A model generated the notes under the pieces. The model did no database searches, was not told the origin of the DNA, and saw nothing but the letters and a program-made list of their open reading frames with translations. A stretch of DNA of 64,000 nt from Deltaproteobacteria bacterium (GTDB taxonomy: Bacteria; Desulfobacterota; Deferrimicrobia; Deferrimicrobiales; Deferrimicrobiaceae): contig JACRNP010000090.1 in assembly GCA_016234845.1 (NCBI GenBank), positions 3,434 through 67,433 of the forward strand. Reading direction: 5' to 3'. Within the stretch, counting starts at the first letter, position 1. Each line of letters starts with the position of its first letter. The position numbers were made by a program, and so were the translations under genes. Below, piece after piece: positions 8,524 through 19,103 of this stretch.

Positions 8524-9090
8524 CTACTTGAACTTCGGCTTCGTGGACTCCTTCATCGACCGCATCCGCGCGATCTCGGCTTTCAGGCTGTCCCGGTACG
8601 GATAGTCCGGCACGTTTTCCAGGAGCCCCTCCCAGGCCTTCACCCCGCCCTCCAGGTCGTGCTTGTCGTTGACCAGGATCACGCCGAGGTTGTACCGCGA
8701 CTGGGCATGGCGCGGATTCATGGAGATCGCCTTCCGCAGCTCCTCGATCGCGCGGTCGAAATTCCCCGTCCGGCGCAGGCAGACCGCCATGTCCGTGCGC
8801 ACGTTGGCGTTCGAGGGGTCCGCGGCAAGCGCCTTCTGGTAGCTGGAGATGGCGAGAAGGTCCTGCTTCGTGTCGAAGTAGAGGTTCCCGATCCCGATCA
8901 GCGCCTGCAGGTTTCCGGGATCCTTCCGCAGGATCTCCTTGTAGGTTTCGATCTCCGCCAGCGCGTTGAGCCGGATCGGCTCGCCGTCGCCCGCGGGCTG
9001 GGGGGGCTGGCTCTTCTTGCAACCGGCGAGCGGAAAGAGCACCGTGAGAAGCAGCATGGCGACGATCCGGGGAATCCGTTTCGACCTCAT
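8524..9090 (-). CDS. TPR-repeat lipoprotein.
   Basis: Start at MRSKRIP. The signal peptide ends in the lipobox LAGC. TPR repeats follow (ALIGIGNLYFDTKQDLLAISSYQKALAADP...). Its ATG overlaps the folK stop (ATGA). Confidence 0.75.
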   Translation of the reverse strand: MRSKRIPRIVAMLLLTVLFPLAGCKKSQPPQPAGDGEPIRLNALAEIETYKEILRKDPGNLQALIGIGNLYFDTKQDLLAISSYQKALAADPSNANVRTDMAVCLRRTGNFDRAIEELRKAISMNPRHAQSRYNLGVILVNDKHDLEGGVKAWEGLLENVPDYPYRDSLKAEIARMRSMKESTKPKFK

Positions 9091-9560
9091 AGGGCCATCA
9101 CCTCGAGTGGGTCTTCGCACGCAGCGAGCAGCTGCGCGACGGTCCTGCCTCCGGGGGGGACGATCGCGTCCGGGGCGACGTCCGACACGGGGAGCAGGCA
9201 GAACCGCCGGACCGCCATGGATTCGTGGGGGATCGAAAGTCCCGGCTCCGAAACGACGGAATCCCCCATCAGGATGATGTCGACGTCGAGCGGACGCGGT
9301 CCCCACCGGGCGCCGCCCCGCCGCCCCGCCGCCTCCTCCAGCCGCTTCGCCAGGGCCAGCAGCCCGCGGGGGGACAGGTCCGTGGAGAGGCGGACCGCCA
9401 GGTTCAGGAACCACGGCTGATGGGCCCTGCCGGACGGCTCGCTGGCGTACATCCGGGACACCGCGCGCACTTCCGATTCGCGCCCCAGGGCGGCGACCGC
9501 GTCCCGTATCCGGCGGACGCGGCGCCCCTGGTTGCTGCCGAGCAGGAGGACGGCGTCCAC
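9087..9560 (-). CDS. folK: 2-amino-4-hydroxy-6-hydroxymethyldihydropteridine pyrophosphokinase (HPPK).
   Basis: LLLGSNQG...RWGPRPLDVDIIL motifs typical of HPPK; probable GTG start. The upstream 125 aa of the ORF is junk. Confidence 0.75.
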   Translation of the reverse strand: MDAVLLLGSNQGRRVRRIRDAVAALGRESEVRAVSRMYASEPSGRAHQPWFLNLAVRLSTDLSPRGLLALAKRLEEAAGRRGGARWGPRPLDVDIILMGDSVVSEPGLSIPHESMAVRRFCLLPVSDVAPDAIVPPGGRTVAQLLAACEDPLEVMAL

Positions 9561-9565
9561 CGGCG

Positions 9566-10330
9566 CTACGGCGCGACCACCCGGTTGGTGAGGGCGCCGA
9601 TCCCCCCGACCTCCACCGTCACGACGTCCCCCACGGAGAGCGAGCCGACGCCGGGAGGCGTTCCCGTGGCGATCACGTCGCCGGGGAAAAGGGTCATGAC
9701 CGAACTGATGAACTCGATCAGCCGGAACACCGAGGCGCCCATCTCGCGGGTGTTGCCGTCCTGCCGGGTTTCGCCGTTGACGATGCACCGGACGGAAACG
9801 GCGGAAGGGTCGAGCTCGGTCTCGATCCAGGGGCCGAGGGGCGCGAAGGTGTCGAACCCCTTGGCGCGCGTGTACTGCACGTCCCGGGCCTGGAGGTCGC
9901 GCGCCGTCACGTCGTTGATGCACGTGTACCCGAGGATGCACGCCGCCGCGTCATCCGCCGCGACGTCCTTCGCGCGCCGGCCGATCACCACCGCGAGCTC
10001 CGCCTCGTAATCCACCCTTGCGGACTGCGCCGGGTAGACGATGTCCCCCCCGGGGCGGTTTACCGCCGACGGCGCCTTGAGGAACAGGAGCGGGTCCTCC
10101 GGGATGCTCTTTCCCATCTCCCGCGCGTGGTCCTTGTAGTTCAAGCCCACCGCGACGATCTTGCCGGGCGAGACCGGCGCGAGGAGCCGGACATCCGCCA
10201 GCCGCCGGATCACCCCGGTGGCGCGCACCTCGTCGAACGGCTCTCCCGCGATCTCGTGCACCGTCCCCGCGCCCTGGTCGATCAGACCGTACCGTGCCGT
10301 GCCTCCGTACTCGTACCGCCCGATCCTCAT
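9566..10330 (-). CDS. Fumarylacetoacetate hydrolase (FAH)-family hydratase/isomerase.
   Basis: KIVAVGLNYKDHA...DYEAELAVVIG...NDVTARD motifs characteristic of the FAH family; start at MRIGRYEY. Confidence 0.8.
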   Translation of the reverse strand: MRIGRYEYGGTARYGLIDQGAGTVHEIAGEPFDEVRATGVIRRLADVRLLAPVSPGKIVAVGLNYKDHAREMGKSIPEDPLLFLKAPSAVNRPGGDIVYPAQSARVDYEAELAVVIGRRAKDVAADDAAACILGYTCINDVTARDLQARDVQYTRAKGFDTFAPLGPWIETELDPSAVSVRCIVNGETRQDGNTREMGASVFRLIEFISSVMTLFPGDVIATGTPPGVGSLSVGDVVTVEVGGIGALTNRVVAP

Positions 10331-11136
10331 TTCCCGAGTCCGAGGACGGCGGCCATGTCGTAGAGGCCGGCCGGCTTCCCGAGCACCCACCCGGCGGCGC
10401 GGACCGCGCCGCGGGCGAAGGTGTCGCGGCTGTGCGCGCGGTGCGTGATCTCGAACCGCTCGCCGATCCCCCCGAACACGAGGGTGTGCTCGCCGACCAC
10501 GTCTCCCGCGCGGACGGCGAACACGCCGATCTCCTTGCGGGTGCGCTCCCCCACCATCCCCTCCCGGCCGTACACGCCGACCTCCCCCATCTTCCGGCCG
10601 AGGGCCGAGGCCACCGATTCGGCCAGTCGGACCGCCGTACCCGACGGGGCGTCCTTCTTGAACCGGTGGTGGGTCTCGACGATCTCCACGTCGTAGTCGT
10701 CCCCGAGCACCCCCGCCACTTCGGCGGCCACCCGGAACATCAGGTTCACCCCGACGCTCATGTTGGGGGAGTGCACGATCGCGATCCTCCCCGACGCCTC
10801 GCGCAGCATTTCCATCTGCCCCTGCGAGAGCCCGGTGCTGCCGATCACGATCGGCTTTCCGGCGGCTGCGGCGGCGAGGGCGTTCCGGGAGGATGACTCG
10901 GCGCTCGTGAAATCGATGGCCACGTCCGAGGCGGCGATCGCCGCGCGGAAATCGTCGGTGATCCCGACGCCCCCGGACCCCGCCCCCGCGGCCGCGAAGG
11001 CGTCCTGCGACAGGAGCGGGTGCCCCGGGGCCTCCACCGCCGCGGACAGCGTAAGACCCGACGGGCCGTCCCGGAGGACGGACAGGATCGCCCGGCCCAT
11101 CCTCCCCATGGCTCCGCAGACCGCGACGCCGGGCAC
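10327..11136 (-). CDS. dapB: 4-hydroxy-tetrahydrodipicolinate reductase.
   Basis: VAVCGAMGRMGRAI N-terminal NAD-binding motif, HHRFKKDAPSGTA and GGIGERFEITHRAHSR C-terminal motifs; 269 aa. Confidence 0.9.
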   Translation of the reverse strand: MPGVAVCGAMGRMGRAILSVLRDGPSGLTLSAAVEAPGHPLLSQDAFAAAGAGSGGVGITDDFRAAIAASDVAIDFTSAESSSRNALAAAAAGKPIVIGSTGLSQGQMEMLREASGRIAIVHSPNMSVGVNLMFRVAAEVAGVLGDDYDVEIVETHHRFKKDAPSGTAVRLAESVASALGRKMGEVGVYGREGMVGERTRKEIGVFAVRAGDVVGEHTLVFGGIGERFEITHRAHSRDTFARGAVRAAGWVLGKPAGLYDMAAVLGLGK

Positions 11137-11146
11137 GCGTCGCCCC

Positions 11147-12019
11147 CTACAGGATCTTCAGGCCGGAGAGGACCTTCGCGAGGGCCTTCCGGTTCCCGTC
11201 GGACATCGCGCACAGCGGGAGCCGGAACTCCTCCCGGACCTTCCCCATCATGGCGAGCGCGGTCTTCGCCGGGATCGGATTCGTCTCGATGAACAACGCC
11301 TGCATGAGCGGCCACAGGCGGAAGTGGATCTCCCGCGCGCGGTGGACCTGTCCGAGAGAGAACGCGTCGTAGAGATCCGCCATCAGGCGCGGCGCGACGT
11401 TCGAGACCACGGAGATGATCCCCTTGGCGCCCAGGGCCAGCATCGGGAAGAAGAGCCCGTCGTCCCCCGACAGCACGCAGAACGTCCGCGGGGTCATCGA
11501 GAGGATGTCGCAGATCTGCGCGAGATTCCCGGACGCCTCCTTCACCCCGACGATGTTCCGCACCTCGGAGAGGCGGGCGACCGTCTCCGCCGCCATGTTG
11601 ACGCCCGTCCGTCCGGGAACGTTGTAGAGCACCAGGGGGATGTCCGCGGCCCCGGCGACCTCGGTGAAGTGGGCGACGAGCCCCTTCTGCGTGGGCTTGT
11701 TGTAGTACGGCGTGATGACGAGCGCCGCGTCGGCGCCCGCCTTCTTGGCGTACCGGGTGAGGGCGACCGCTTCCCTCGTGTTGTTGGAACCGGTCCCCGC
11801 GATCACGGGCACCCTGCCGTCGACCGCCTCGACCACGAGGTCGATCACCTGCCGGTGCTCGTCGTGGGAGAGGGTCGCCGACTCTCCGGTCGTCCCGCAC
11901 GGGACGATCCCGGCGGTCCCGTTCCGGATCTGGAACTCCACCAGCCTTTTCAGCCCCGCCGCGTCCAGCTTCCCGTTCCGGAACGGCGTGACGGTCGCTA
12001 CGATCGCCCCGTGGAACAT
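11147..12019 (-). CDS. dapA: 4-hydroxy-tetrahydrodipicolinate synthase.
   Basis: GIVPCGTTGES, YNVPGRTG and the catalytic GVKEASG lysine region; 290 aa. Confidence 0.9.
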   Translation of the reverse strand: MFHGAIVATVTPFRNGKLDAAGLKRLVEFQIRNGTAGIVPCGTTGESATLSHDEHRQVIDLVVEAVDGRVPVIAGTGSNNTREAVALTRYAKKAGADAALVITPYYNKPTQKGLVAHFTEVAGAADIPLVLYNVPGRTGVNMAAETVARLSEVRNIVGVKEASGNLAQICDILSMTPRTFCVLSGDDGLFFPMLALGAKGIISVVSNVAPRLMADLYDAFSLGQVHRAREIHFRLWPLMQALFIETNPIPAKTALAMMGKVREEFRLPLCAMSDGNRKALAKVLSGLKIL

Positions 12020-12041
12020 CCGTCTTCCTCCCCCTTCCGCC

Positions 12042-12872
12042 TCAATAGCGGTACGCTTCCTCGAAGATCTTCCCGTCGCACGACCAGGAGGTGTCCCCCT
12101 CGAGGTACACCTCGCCGAAATCCTTCCTCCCGGCGTCGAAGTGGATCGTCAGCGTCTCCCCGCCGCTCGTCCGCACGGCGACCGGCGGCGCCGCGAGCCC
12201 GCGAATCGACGCGAGGATGCCGCTGGCGACCGCCCCCGTCCCGCACGCCAGCGTCTCGCCCTCCACGCCGCGCTCGTACGTGCGCGCCCACACCACGCCG
12301 TCGCGAACCGTCACGAAGTTGACGTTCGTCCCCCGGGGGGCGAACGCCTTGTGCCGCCGGATCCCGCGCCCGACGCCCGCCACGTCGACCCGCTCGAGGT
12401 CCGCGACGAAGAGCACCGCGTGCGGGACCCCGGTGTCGAGGAACGAGTACGTGTACCGCTTTCCCGCCAGCGTGAGCGTCCGGTCCAGGCGAAGCCCCGC
12501 CGGACGGGTCATCTGCAGCTTCACGCGACGGCCCGACACCGACGCGCGGACGGTCCCCGCGAGGGTCTCGAACGCCATCGCCCTCCCGGCGATCTTCCGG
12601 GCGAATGCGAAGCGCGCGGCGCAGCGGCCGCCGTTGCCGCACATCTCGGCCCGGGAGCCGTCCGCGTTGTAGAAATCCCAGCGGAAGTCCGCGCTTTCCG
12701 ACGGCTCCACGAGGATCAACCCGTCCGCCCCGATCGATCGGGAGCGGTCGCACACCTTCGACGCGAACGCGGGCCGGTCGATCCCCTCCAGGAGGCCGTC
12801 CCGGTTGTCGATCAGGAGGAAGTCGTTGCCGCTTCCGTTGATCTTGGAAAAGGGGATTCCACGAGCCGCCAT
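12042..12872 (-). CDS. dapF: Diaminopimelate epimerase.
   Basis: FSKINGSGNDFLLID and the two catalytic Cys motifs (MCGNGGRC, ACGTGAVA); start at MAARGIPF. Confidence 0.85.
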   Translation of the reverse strand: MAARGIPFSKINGSGNDFLLIDNRDGLLEGIDRPAFASKVCDRSRSIGADGLILVEPSESADFRWDFYNADGSRAEMCGNGGRCAARFAFARKIAGRAMAFETLAGTVRASVSGRRVKLQMTRPAGLRLDRTLTLAGKRYTYSFLDTGVPHAVLFVADLERVDVAGVGRGIRRHKAFAPRGTNVNFVTVRDGVVWARTYERGVEGETLACGTGAVASGILASIRGLAAPPVAVRTSGGETLTIHFDAGRKDFGEVYLEGDTSWSCDGKIFEEAYRY

Positions 12873-12954
12873 CTTCGCCTTCCCGCCGCAGGATAATGCT
12901 TCATCGTAGCAGAACCCCGATCGAGGTTCCAAGAACGGATCGCGGGGACGGTTT

Positions 12955-14241
12955 TTAGCGCCGCCGCCGCAGGAACGACGCCGTGCGCTCCCCGCGGGAG
13001 ACGTCGCGCGCGGACTCGCGCTCCCGGACGATCTCGCACCGGTCGCCCGATACCATCACCTCGGCGGCCCGCGGCCGGCTGTTGTAGTTGGAGGACATGG
13101 AGAAGCCGTACGCCCCCGCGCTCATGACCGCGAGCAGGTCTCCCGACCGGTACGGCGGCATCGCCCGGTCCCTCGCCAGGAAATCGCCGGACTCGCAGAT
13201 GGGGCCCACCACGTCCGCCGTCACCCGGCCGCGCGGCGCCCTCCCCACCGGCAGGATCGCGTGGTACGACCCGTAGAGGGACGGCCGCGCCAGGTCGTTC
13301 ATGGCCGCGTCCACGATGAAGAAATATTTCTTTCCCTTCCCGGCGGGGGACGGGATCGGTTTCGTGTAGAGAACTTCCGTCACGAGAACCCCCGCGTTTC
13401 CGACCAGCACGCGCCCCGGCTCGAGGACCAGGGTGACGTCGATCCCCCGGAACGCTCCCGCGACGGCGTTCGCGTACTCCTTCGGGTGGGGCGGCATCTC
13501 GTCGTTGTACCGGATCCCGAGCCCGCCGCCGATGTCGACCAGCCGGATGGGCATCCCCTTCGCCAGGAGCTTGTCGACCAGCTTCCGCACGCGCCCCGCC
13601 GCGTCGACGAACGGAGCCACGTCGGTCAGCTGCGAACCGATGTGGCAGTCCACGCCCACCACGTCGATGTGTCGCCGCCTCGCGGCCCACTCGTAATCCT
13701 TCATGGCCTGCGCGATGTGGATCCCGAACTTGTTCTTCTTCAGGCCCGTCGAGATGTACGGGTGGGTCTTCGGGTCCACGTCGGGATTGACCCGGATCGA
13801 GACCGGGGCCCGTTTGCGCATCCTGCCGGCGACCGCGTCGATCGTCTCGAGCTCCTCGCGCGACTCGACGTTGAACATCAGGATCCCGCGGCGGAGCGCC
13901 TCCTCGATCTCCCACACCTTCTTCCCGACCCCGGAGTAGACGATCTTCTTCGGGGGGGCGCCGGCCGCGAGCGCCCGGGCCAGCTCCCCTCCCGAGACGA
14001 TGTCCACGCCGCTGCCGAGGTTGGTGAAGGTGCGGATGACCGAACCGTTCGAGTTGGCCTTCATGGAGTAGCAGATGACGTGCGGTACGGCGGCGAACGC
14101 CTCGTCGAACACCTTGTAGTGGTGGGAGAGGGTGGCGTGGCTGTACACGAAGACCGGGGTCCCCGCCTGGCGGGCGATCTCCTTCAAGGGGTACCCCTCG
14201 CAGCAGAGCTGCCCCCGTCCGTTCACCGCGAAATGGTGCAT
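12955..14241 (-). CDS. lysA: Diaminopimelate decarboxylase.
   Basis: PLP fold III (YSMKANSN, DIGGGLG, PGRVLVGNAG, CESGD); 428 aa. Confidence 0.9.
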   Translation of the reverse strand: MHHFAVNGRGQLCCEGYPLKEIARQAGTPVFVYSHATLSHHYKVFDEAFAAVPHVICYSMKANSNGSVIRTFTNLGSGVDIVSGGELARALAAGAPPKKIVYSGVGKKVWEIEEALRRGILMFNVESREELETIDAVAGRMRKRAPVSIRVNPDVDPKTHPYISTGLKKNKFGIHIAQAMKDYEWAARRRHIDVVGVDCHIGSQLTDVAPFVDAAGRVRKLVDKLLAKGMPIRLVDIGGGLGIRYNDEMPPHPKEYANAVAGAFRGIDVTLVLEPGRVLVGNAGVLVTEVLYTKPIPSPAGKGKKYFFIVDAAMNDLARPSLYGSYHAILPVGRAPRGRVTADVVGPICESGDFLARDRAMPPYRSGDLLAVMSAGAYGFSMSSNYNSRPRAAEVMVSGDRCEIVRERESARDVSRGERTASFLRRRR

Positions 14242-14245
14242 GCCG

Positions 14246-14389
14246 TCACCTCGATGCGTAGTATTGTGCGGAGGCGAATACGGACGCCGAGCGCGGCTCC
14301 GGCTTCGCCTTCCGACCGCAGCCGGCGGCCCACAGGAGGAGAAACGCCGCCGCCAGGACCGCCGCCGGCCGCAATCCTCCGCGCCTCAT
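14246..14389 (-). CDS. Small lipoprotein of 47 aa between argH and lysA; LptM/YifL-like by position.
   Basis: MRRGGLRPAAVLAAAFLLLWAAGC: a signal peptide ending in the lipobox AAGC. Its ATG overlaps the argH TGA (ATGA). A small lipoprotein in this position next to lysA/dapF is conserved in Proteobacteria. Confidence 0.55.
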   Translation of the reverse strand: MRRGGLRPAAVLAAAFLLLWAAGCGRKAKPEPRSASVFASAQYYASR

Positions 14390-15759
14390 TTCTTCCGCAG
14401 GGCCGAAAGGCGCGCCCGGACCGGGTCGGGACCCGTGCCGCCGCGCGTCCTGCGGAGCCGGACCGAGTTCGAGAGGGAGATGGCGTCCCGGACGTCCTCC
14501 CCGATCGCCTTCGAGAAGGTCCGCAGCTCCTTGAGGCTTGCGTCCTTCAGCCGTTTCCCCTTCCCCTCGCAGTACCGCACGATCTTCCCGGTGATCTCGT
14601 GCGCCTTCCGGAACGGAACCCCCTTCCGCGCCAGGTAGTCCGCGAGGTCGGTGGCGGTCAGGAAGCCGTCGTCGCACGCCGCCCGCATCCGCTCGTCGTT
14701 CACCGTCATCCCGCGGAGCAGGAGGTCCGCCCCGGCGAGGCAATCCTTCACCGTGCGGGCCGAGTCGAACACCGGTTCCTTGTCCTCCTGCATGTCCCGG
14801 TTGTAGGACAGGGGCAGCCCCTTCATGATCGTCAGCAGGTTCAGGAGGTTTCCGTACGCGCGCCCGGTCTTCCCCCGGATCAGCTCCGCCACGTCCGGAT
14901 TCTTCTTCTGGGGCATGATGCTGCTCCCGGTGCAGAGGGCGTCGGGGAGCGACAGGAATCCGAATTCCGAGGAGGACCAGTACACCATCTCCTCGGAAAG
15001 ACGGGACAGGTGCATCATCGTGACGGCGCACGCGTAGAGGAAATCGGCCGCGAAGTCGCGGTCCGAAACGGCGTCGACGCTGTTCTCGCAGACCCCGTCC
15101 ATCCCGAGCTCGCGCGCCGTGTACGCGCGGTCGAGCGGGAAGGTGGACCCCGCCAGCGCCCCGGCCCCCAGCGGGGACACGTTGGTCCTCCGCCGGACCT
15201 CCGCGAAACGGTCCGCGTCCCGCGCGAACATCTCCCGGTACGCCAGCAGGTGGTGGGACAGGAGGACCGGCTGCGCCCTCTGCATGTGGGTGTACCCCGG
15301 GAGGACGACTCCGAAGAGCTCCTCCGCCCGGTCGACGAGCGACCCGCAGACCGCGGCGAGGAGGTTTTCGACGGCGTCGATCTCGTCCCGCAGGAACAGC
15401 CGGAGATCCGTGGCGACCTGGTCGTTGCGGCTGCGCCCGGTGTGGAGCTTCCCCCCGACCGGCCCGATCTTCCGGATCAGCCGCTGCTCGATCGCCATGT
15501 GGATGTCTTCCTGGGAGAGGTCGAAGGAAAGCTTTCCGGAATCGATCTCCTCGAGGATCTCCGAAAGGCCCGCGACGATCCGCTCCGCCTCGGCCTTCGG
15601 GAGGATCCCCTGCTTCCCCAGCATCCGGGCGTGCGCCACGCTCCCGGCGATGTCGTGCCGGTACAGGAGGACGTCGTACGGGATCGACGCGGTGAACTCC
15701 TCGACGAACCGGTCGGTCCCGGAGCCGAACCGCCCTCCCCACGCCTTCTTCTTCGCCAT
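14386..15759 (-). CDS. argH: Argininosuccinate lyase.
   Basis: GGRF...TGRSRNDQVATDLRL...GSSIMPQKKNPD fumarate-lyase signature; 457 aa. Confidence 0.9.
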   Translation of the reverse strand: MAKKKAWGGRFGSGTDRFVEEFTASIPYDVLLYRHDIAGSVAHARMLGKQGILPKAEAERIVAGLSEILEEIDSGKLSFDLSQEDIHMAIEQRLIRKIGPVGGKLHTGRSRNDQVATDLRLFLRDEIDAVENLLAAVCGSLVDRAEELFGVVLPGYTHMQRAQPVLLSHHLLAYREMFARDADRFAEVRRRTNVSPLGAGALAGSTFPLDRAYTARELGMDGVCENSVDAVSDRDFAADFLYACAVTMMHLSRLSEEMVYWSSSEFGFLSLPDALCTGSSIMPQKKNPDVAELIRGKTGRAYGNLLNLLTIMKGLPLSYNRDMQEDKEPVFDSARTVKDCLAGADLLLRGMTVNDERMRAACDDGFLTATDLADYLARKGVPFRKAHEITGKIVRYCEGKGKRLKDASLKELRTFSKAIGEDVRDAISLSNSVRLRRTRGGTGPDPVRARLSALRKK

Positions 15760-15760
15760 G

Positions 15761-16969
15761 TCAGCCTTTCCCGTTTTTCAGCATCGACCGGATCTTCAGG
15801 CGCAGGGCGTTGATCTTGATGAACCCGGTCGCGTCGGCCTGGTTGTAGACCGTCTCCTTCTCGAAGGTGGCGAAGTCGGTCCGGTAGAGGGACACCGGGC
15901 TCTTCCGCCCGGCGACGGTCACGCCCCCCTTGTACAGCTTGAGACGCGCCGTCCCGGTGACGTTCTCCTGGGTCGCCGCGATCGTTCCCTTCAGCAGGTC
16001 CATCTCCGGCGAGTACCAGTACCCGTTGTAGATGAGCTCCGCGAACCGGGGCATCAGGGTGTCGCGCAGGTGCATGACCTCGCGGTCGAGGGTGAGCGAC
16101 TCGACCGCGCGGTGGGCGGCGTGCAGGATCGTCCCTCCCGGGGTTTCGTAGACGCCGCGGGACTTCATTCCCACGTACCGGTTCTCGACGAGGTCCACCC
16201 GGCCGATGCCGTGCCTCCCGCCGACGGCGTTCAGGTGCCCGAGGAGCTTCGCGGGTCCCATCTTCCTCCCGTCCACCGCGACGGGGATGCCCCGTTCGAA
16301 ATCGACCTCGACGTACTGCGGGCGTCCGGGCGCCTTTGCCGGGGACCGCGTGAGGACGAACATGTTCTCCGGGGGCTCCGACCAGGGGTCCTCCAGGATC
16401 CCCCCCTCGAAGCTGATGTGGAGCAGGTTCCGGTCGCTGGAGTACGGCTTCGCCGCCGTGACCGGCGTGGGGATGCCGCGCTTCCGGGCGTAGTTCACGA
16501 GGTCGGTCCGGGATGCGAGGTCCCATTCCCTCCACGGGGCGATGACGCGGATCCCCGGCATCAGGGCGTAATAGGTCAGCTCGAACCGGACCTGGTCGTT
16601 CCCCTTCCCCGTGGCGCCGTGGGAAACGGCCTCGGCCTTCTCCTTCCGCGCCACCTCGATCTGCTTCTTGGCGATCAGCGGGCGCGCGATCGACGTCCCG
16701 AGGAGATACGCGCCCTCGTACACGGTGTTCGCCATCAGGGCCGGGAAGACGAAATCCCGGACGAACTCGTCCTGGACGTTTTCCACGTAGACCTTCGACG
16801 CGCCGGTCCGCTTCGCCTTCGCCCGCACGGGGGCGAGCTCCTCGCCCTGCCCCAGATCGGCGACGAAGGCGATCACCTCGCACCCGTACGTCTCGATGAG
16901 CCATGCAAGGATCACGGACGTGTCGAGCCCCCCGGAATACGCCAGAACGACTTTCTTGACGTTTTTCAA
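15761..16969 (-). CDS. argG: Argininosuccinate synthase.
   Basis: [15 protein letters not shown]-loop, [13 protein letters not shown] and the rest of the ArgG body. No in-frame ATG exists, so the predicted start is TTG (LKNVKK) with GGAGGG 8 nt upstream. The upstream 287 aa of the ORF is junk. Confidence 0.85.
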   Translation of the reverse strand: MKNVKKVVLAYSGGLDTSVILAWLIETYGCEVIAFVADLGQGEELAPVRAKAKRTGASKVYVENVQDEFVRDFVFPALMANTVYEGAYLLGTSIARPLIAKKQIEVARKEKAEAVSHGATGKGNDQVRFELTYYALMPGIRVIAPWREWDLASRTDLVNYARKRGIPTPVTAAKPYSSDRNLLHISFEGGILEDPWSEPPENMFVLTRSPAKAPGRPQYVEVDFERGIPVAVDGRKMGPAKLLGHLNAVGGRHGIGRVDLVENRYVGMKSRGVYETPGGTILHAAHRAVESLTLDREVMHLRDTLMPRFAELIYNGYWYSPEMDLLKGTIAATQENVTGTARLKLYKGGVTVAGRKSPVSLYRTDFATFEKETVYNQADATGFIKINALRLKIRSMLKNGKG

Positions 16970-16989
16970 TCTCTTAACCCTCCATGTCT

Positions 16990-17904
16990 CTAGTGTCGTA
17001 TCAGCTTTTCCAGGACGGCCATCTGGACGTGGAGCCGGTTCTCCGCCTCGTCGAAGACGGCGGACCGCGGCCCCTCCATCACCGCGTCCGTTATCTCCTC
17101 GCCCCGGTGGGCGGGAAGGCAGTGCATCACGATGGACCCGGGCGCGGAAATCTTCAGCATCGCTTCGTCGATGCAGTACCCGCGGAAGGCGGCCATCCGT
17201 TTCCGGCTCTCGGCCTCCTGCCCCATGCTGGTCCAGACGTCGGTGTACAGGACGTCCGCCTTTCGCGCCGCGTCGGCGGGATCCCGCACGACGCGAACGT
17301 CCCCCCGCCCCATCCTTTCCGCCTCGGCCAGGACGCCCCGGTCCGGCTCGTACCCTTTCGGGCAGGCGACACGCAGCGTGAACCCGAGGACGTGGGCGGC
17401 CTCGACCCACGAGTTGGCGACGTTGTTCCCGTCCCCCACGAACGCCACCCGCATCTTCCGCAGGTCCTTCCCCCGCTCCTTCGCCGTCATCAGGTCCGCG
17501 AGGATCTGGCACGGATGGTGGTCGTCCGTCAACCCGTTGATGACCGGGACCGTGGACGCGGAGGCGAGCTCGACCGCGGTCGCGTGGGCGAACGTCCGGA
17601 TCATCACCGCGTCGACGTACCGCGAAAGGACGCGGGCGGTGTCCCGGATCGGCTCTCCCCGCCCGATCTGCGTGTCCTCCGGCGACATGAACAGCGCGTG
17701 CCCTCCCAGCCGCGACATGCCGACTTCGAACGAGACGCGGGTGCGGGTGGACGCCTTCTGGAAGATCATCGCCAGCGACTTCCCCCGGAGCGGCCTGGGG
17801 GCGCCCCGCTTCCCCGCTCGCCGCTTCCACGCCTGCCCGGATGCGACGATGGCGAGGAGGTCCCTGTCCGAAAGGTCCAGGATGCGGAGCAGGTCCTTCC
17901 TCAC
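16990..17904 (-). CDS. argF: Ornithine carbamoyltransferase.
   Basis: STRTRVSFE carbamoyl-phosphate motif, HCLP, DVWTSMG; GTG start at VRKDLL, overlapping the argD stop by 4 nt. Confidence 0.85.
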   Translation of the reverse strand: MRKDLLRILDLSDRDLLAIVASGQAWKRRAGKRGAPRPLRGKSLAMIFQKASTRTRVSFEVGMSRLGGHALFMSPEDTQIGRGEPIRDTARVLSRYVDAVMIRTFAHATAVELASASTVPVINGLTDDHHPCQILADLMTAKERGKDLRKMRVAFVGDGNNVANSWVEAAHVLGFTLRVACPKGYEPDRGVLAEAERMGRGDVRVVRDPADAARKADVLYTDVWTSMGQEAESRKRMAAFRGYCIDEAMLKISAPGSIVMHCLPAHRGEEITDAVMEGPRSAVFDEAENRLHVQMAVLEKLIRH

Positions 17905-19103
17905 CCCTTCCTCCCCCCGGCCGGGAGCACGGAGGCCAGGATGGACAGGGCCCGGTCGATCTCCTCCTCCGCGACCGTGAGCGGCGGCAGGAACCGGAGA
18001 ACGTTCCCCGCCGCGGCGTTGACGACGAGCCCGGCGTCGAGGCAGGCGGCCGCGATCGGCTTCGTCTCGGCCTCCATCTCCATTCCGACCATCAGCCCCG
18101 CCCCGCGAACCTCCCGGACGTCGGTGCGGCCGGCGGCGATATCCGCAAGGCCCGCGACGAGCTTCTCCCCCTTCCGGGCGACGGAGTCGAGGAACCCGGG
18201 CGAGGACAGGATCTCCATCACCGCGAGGGAGGCGGCGCAGCAGACCGGGTTCCCGCCGAAGGTGCTCCCGTGGCTCCCCGGTCCGAACGCCGCGGCGACC
18301 TCGTCCCGCGCGACGACCGCCCCCAGCGGCAGGCCGTTCGCCAGCCCCTTCGCGAGGGTCGCGACGTCCGGGACGACGCCGGACCGGGAGCACGCGAGGA
18401 ACGAGCCGGTCCTCCCCATGCCGGTCTGGATCTCGTCGGCGACGAACAGGATCCCCCGGTCGGAGCAGAGGCGCGCGGCTTCCCCGAGGTACCCCGGGGG
18501 GAGCATCCGCACGCCGTTCTCCCCCTGGATCGGCTCGATCAGGAGGGCGCAGACGCGGTCGGTCAGCGCGGCCCGAAGCGCCTCGACGTCGCCGAACGGG
18601 ACCGTGGCGAACCCCGGGAGCATCGGCTCGAATCCGACGTGGAACTTCGGCTGGGCGGTGGCCGACAGCCCGCCGTACGTCCTCCCGTGGAACGACCCCT
18701 CGAGCACGACGATTTCGTGGCGGCCCTCCCCGTACCGCTCGCGCGACCACTTCCGGGCCAGCTTCATCGCCGCCTCGTTCGCCTCGGTCCCGCTGTTGCA
18801 GAAGAAGACCTTCCCCCCGGTCGTCGCCGCCGACAGCCTCTCCCCGAGAAGCGCCTGGGACGGCACGTGGAACAGGTTGGAGACGTGGACGAGCATCCCC
18901 GCCTGTTCGGCGATGGCGCGCGTCACGGCCGGGTGCGCGTGCCCGAGGAGAGCGACCGCGATCCCGCCGAGAAAATCGAGGTACCGTTTCCCCGCGTCGT
19001 CGAACAGCCAGCTCCCCTCCCCGCGGACGAACGTCACCGGGAACCGCGAGTAGTTCCGCATCTGGTACCTCTCCGTCAACGCGATGGCCTCGCCCGCCTT
19101 CAT
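17901..19103 (-). CDS. argD: Acetylornithine aminotransferase.
   Basis: Class-III aminotransferase ([33 protein letters not shown]); start at MKAGEAIAL. Confidence 0.9.
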   Translation of the reverse strand: MKAGEAIALTERYQMRNYSRFPVTFVRGEGSWLFDDAGKRYLDFLGGIAVALLGHAHPAVTRAIAEQAGMLVHVSNLFHVPSQALLGERLSAATTGGKVFFCNSGTEANEAAMKLARKWSRERYGEGRHEIVVLEGSFHGRTYGGLSATAQPKFHVGFEPMLPGFATVPFGDVEALRAALTDRVCALLIEPIQGENGVRMLPPGYLGEAARLCSDRGILFVADEIQTGMGRTGSFLACSRSGVVPDVATLAKGLANGLPLGAVVARDEVAAAFGPGSHGSTFGGNPVCCAASLAVMEILSSPGFLDSVARKGEKLVAGLADIAAGRTDVREVRGAGLMVGMEMEAETKPIAAACLDAGLVVNAAAGNVLRFLPPLTVAEEEIDRALSILASVLPAGGRKG

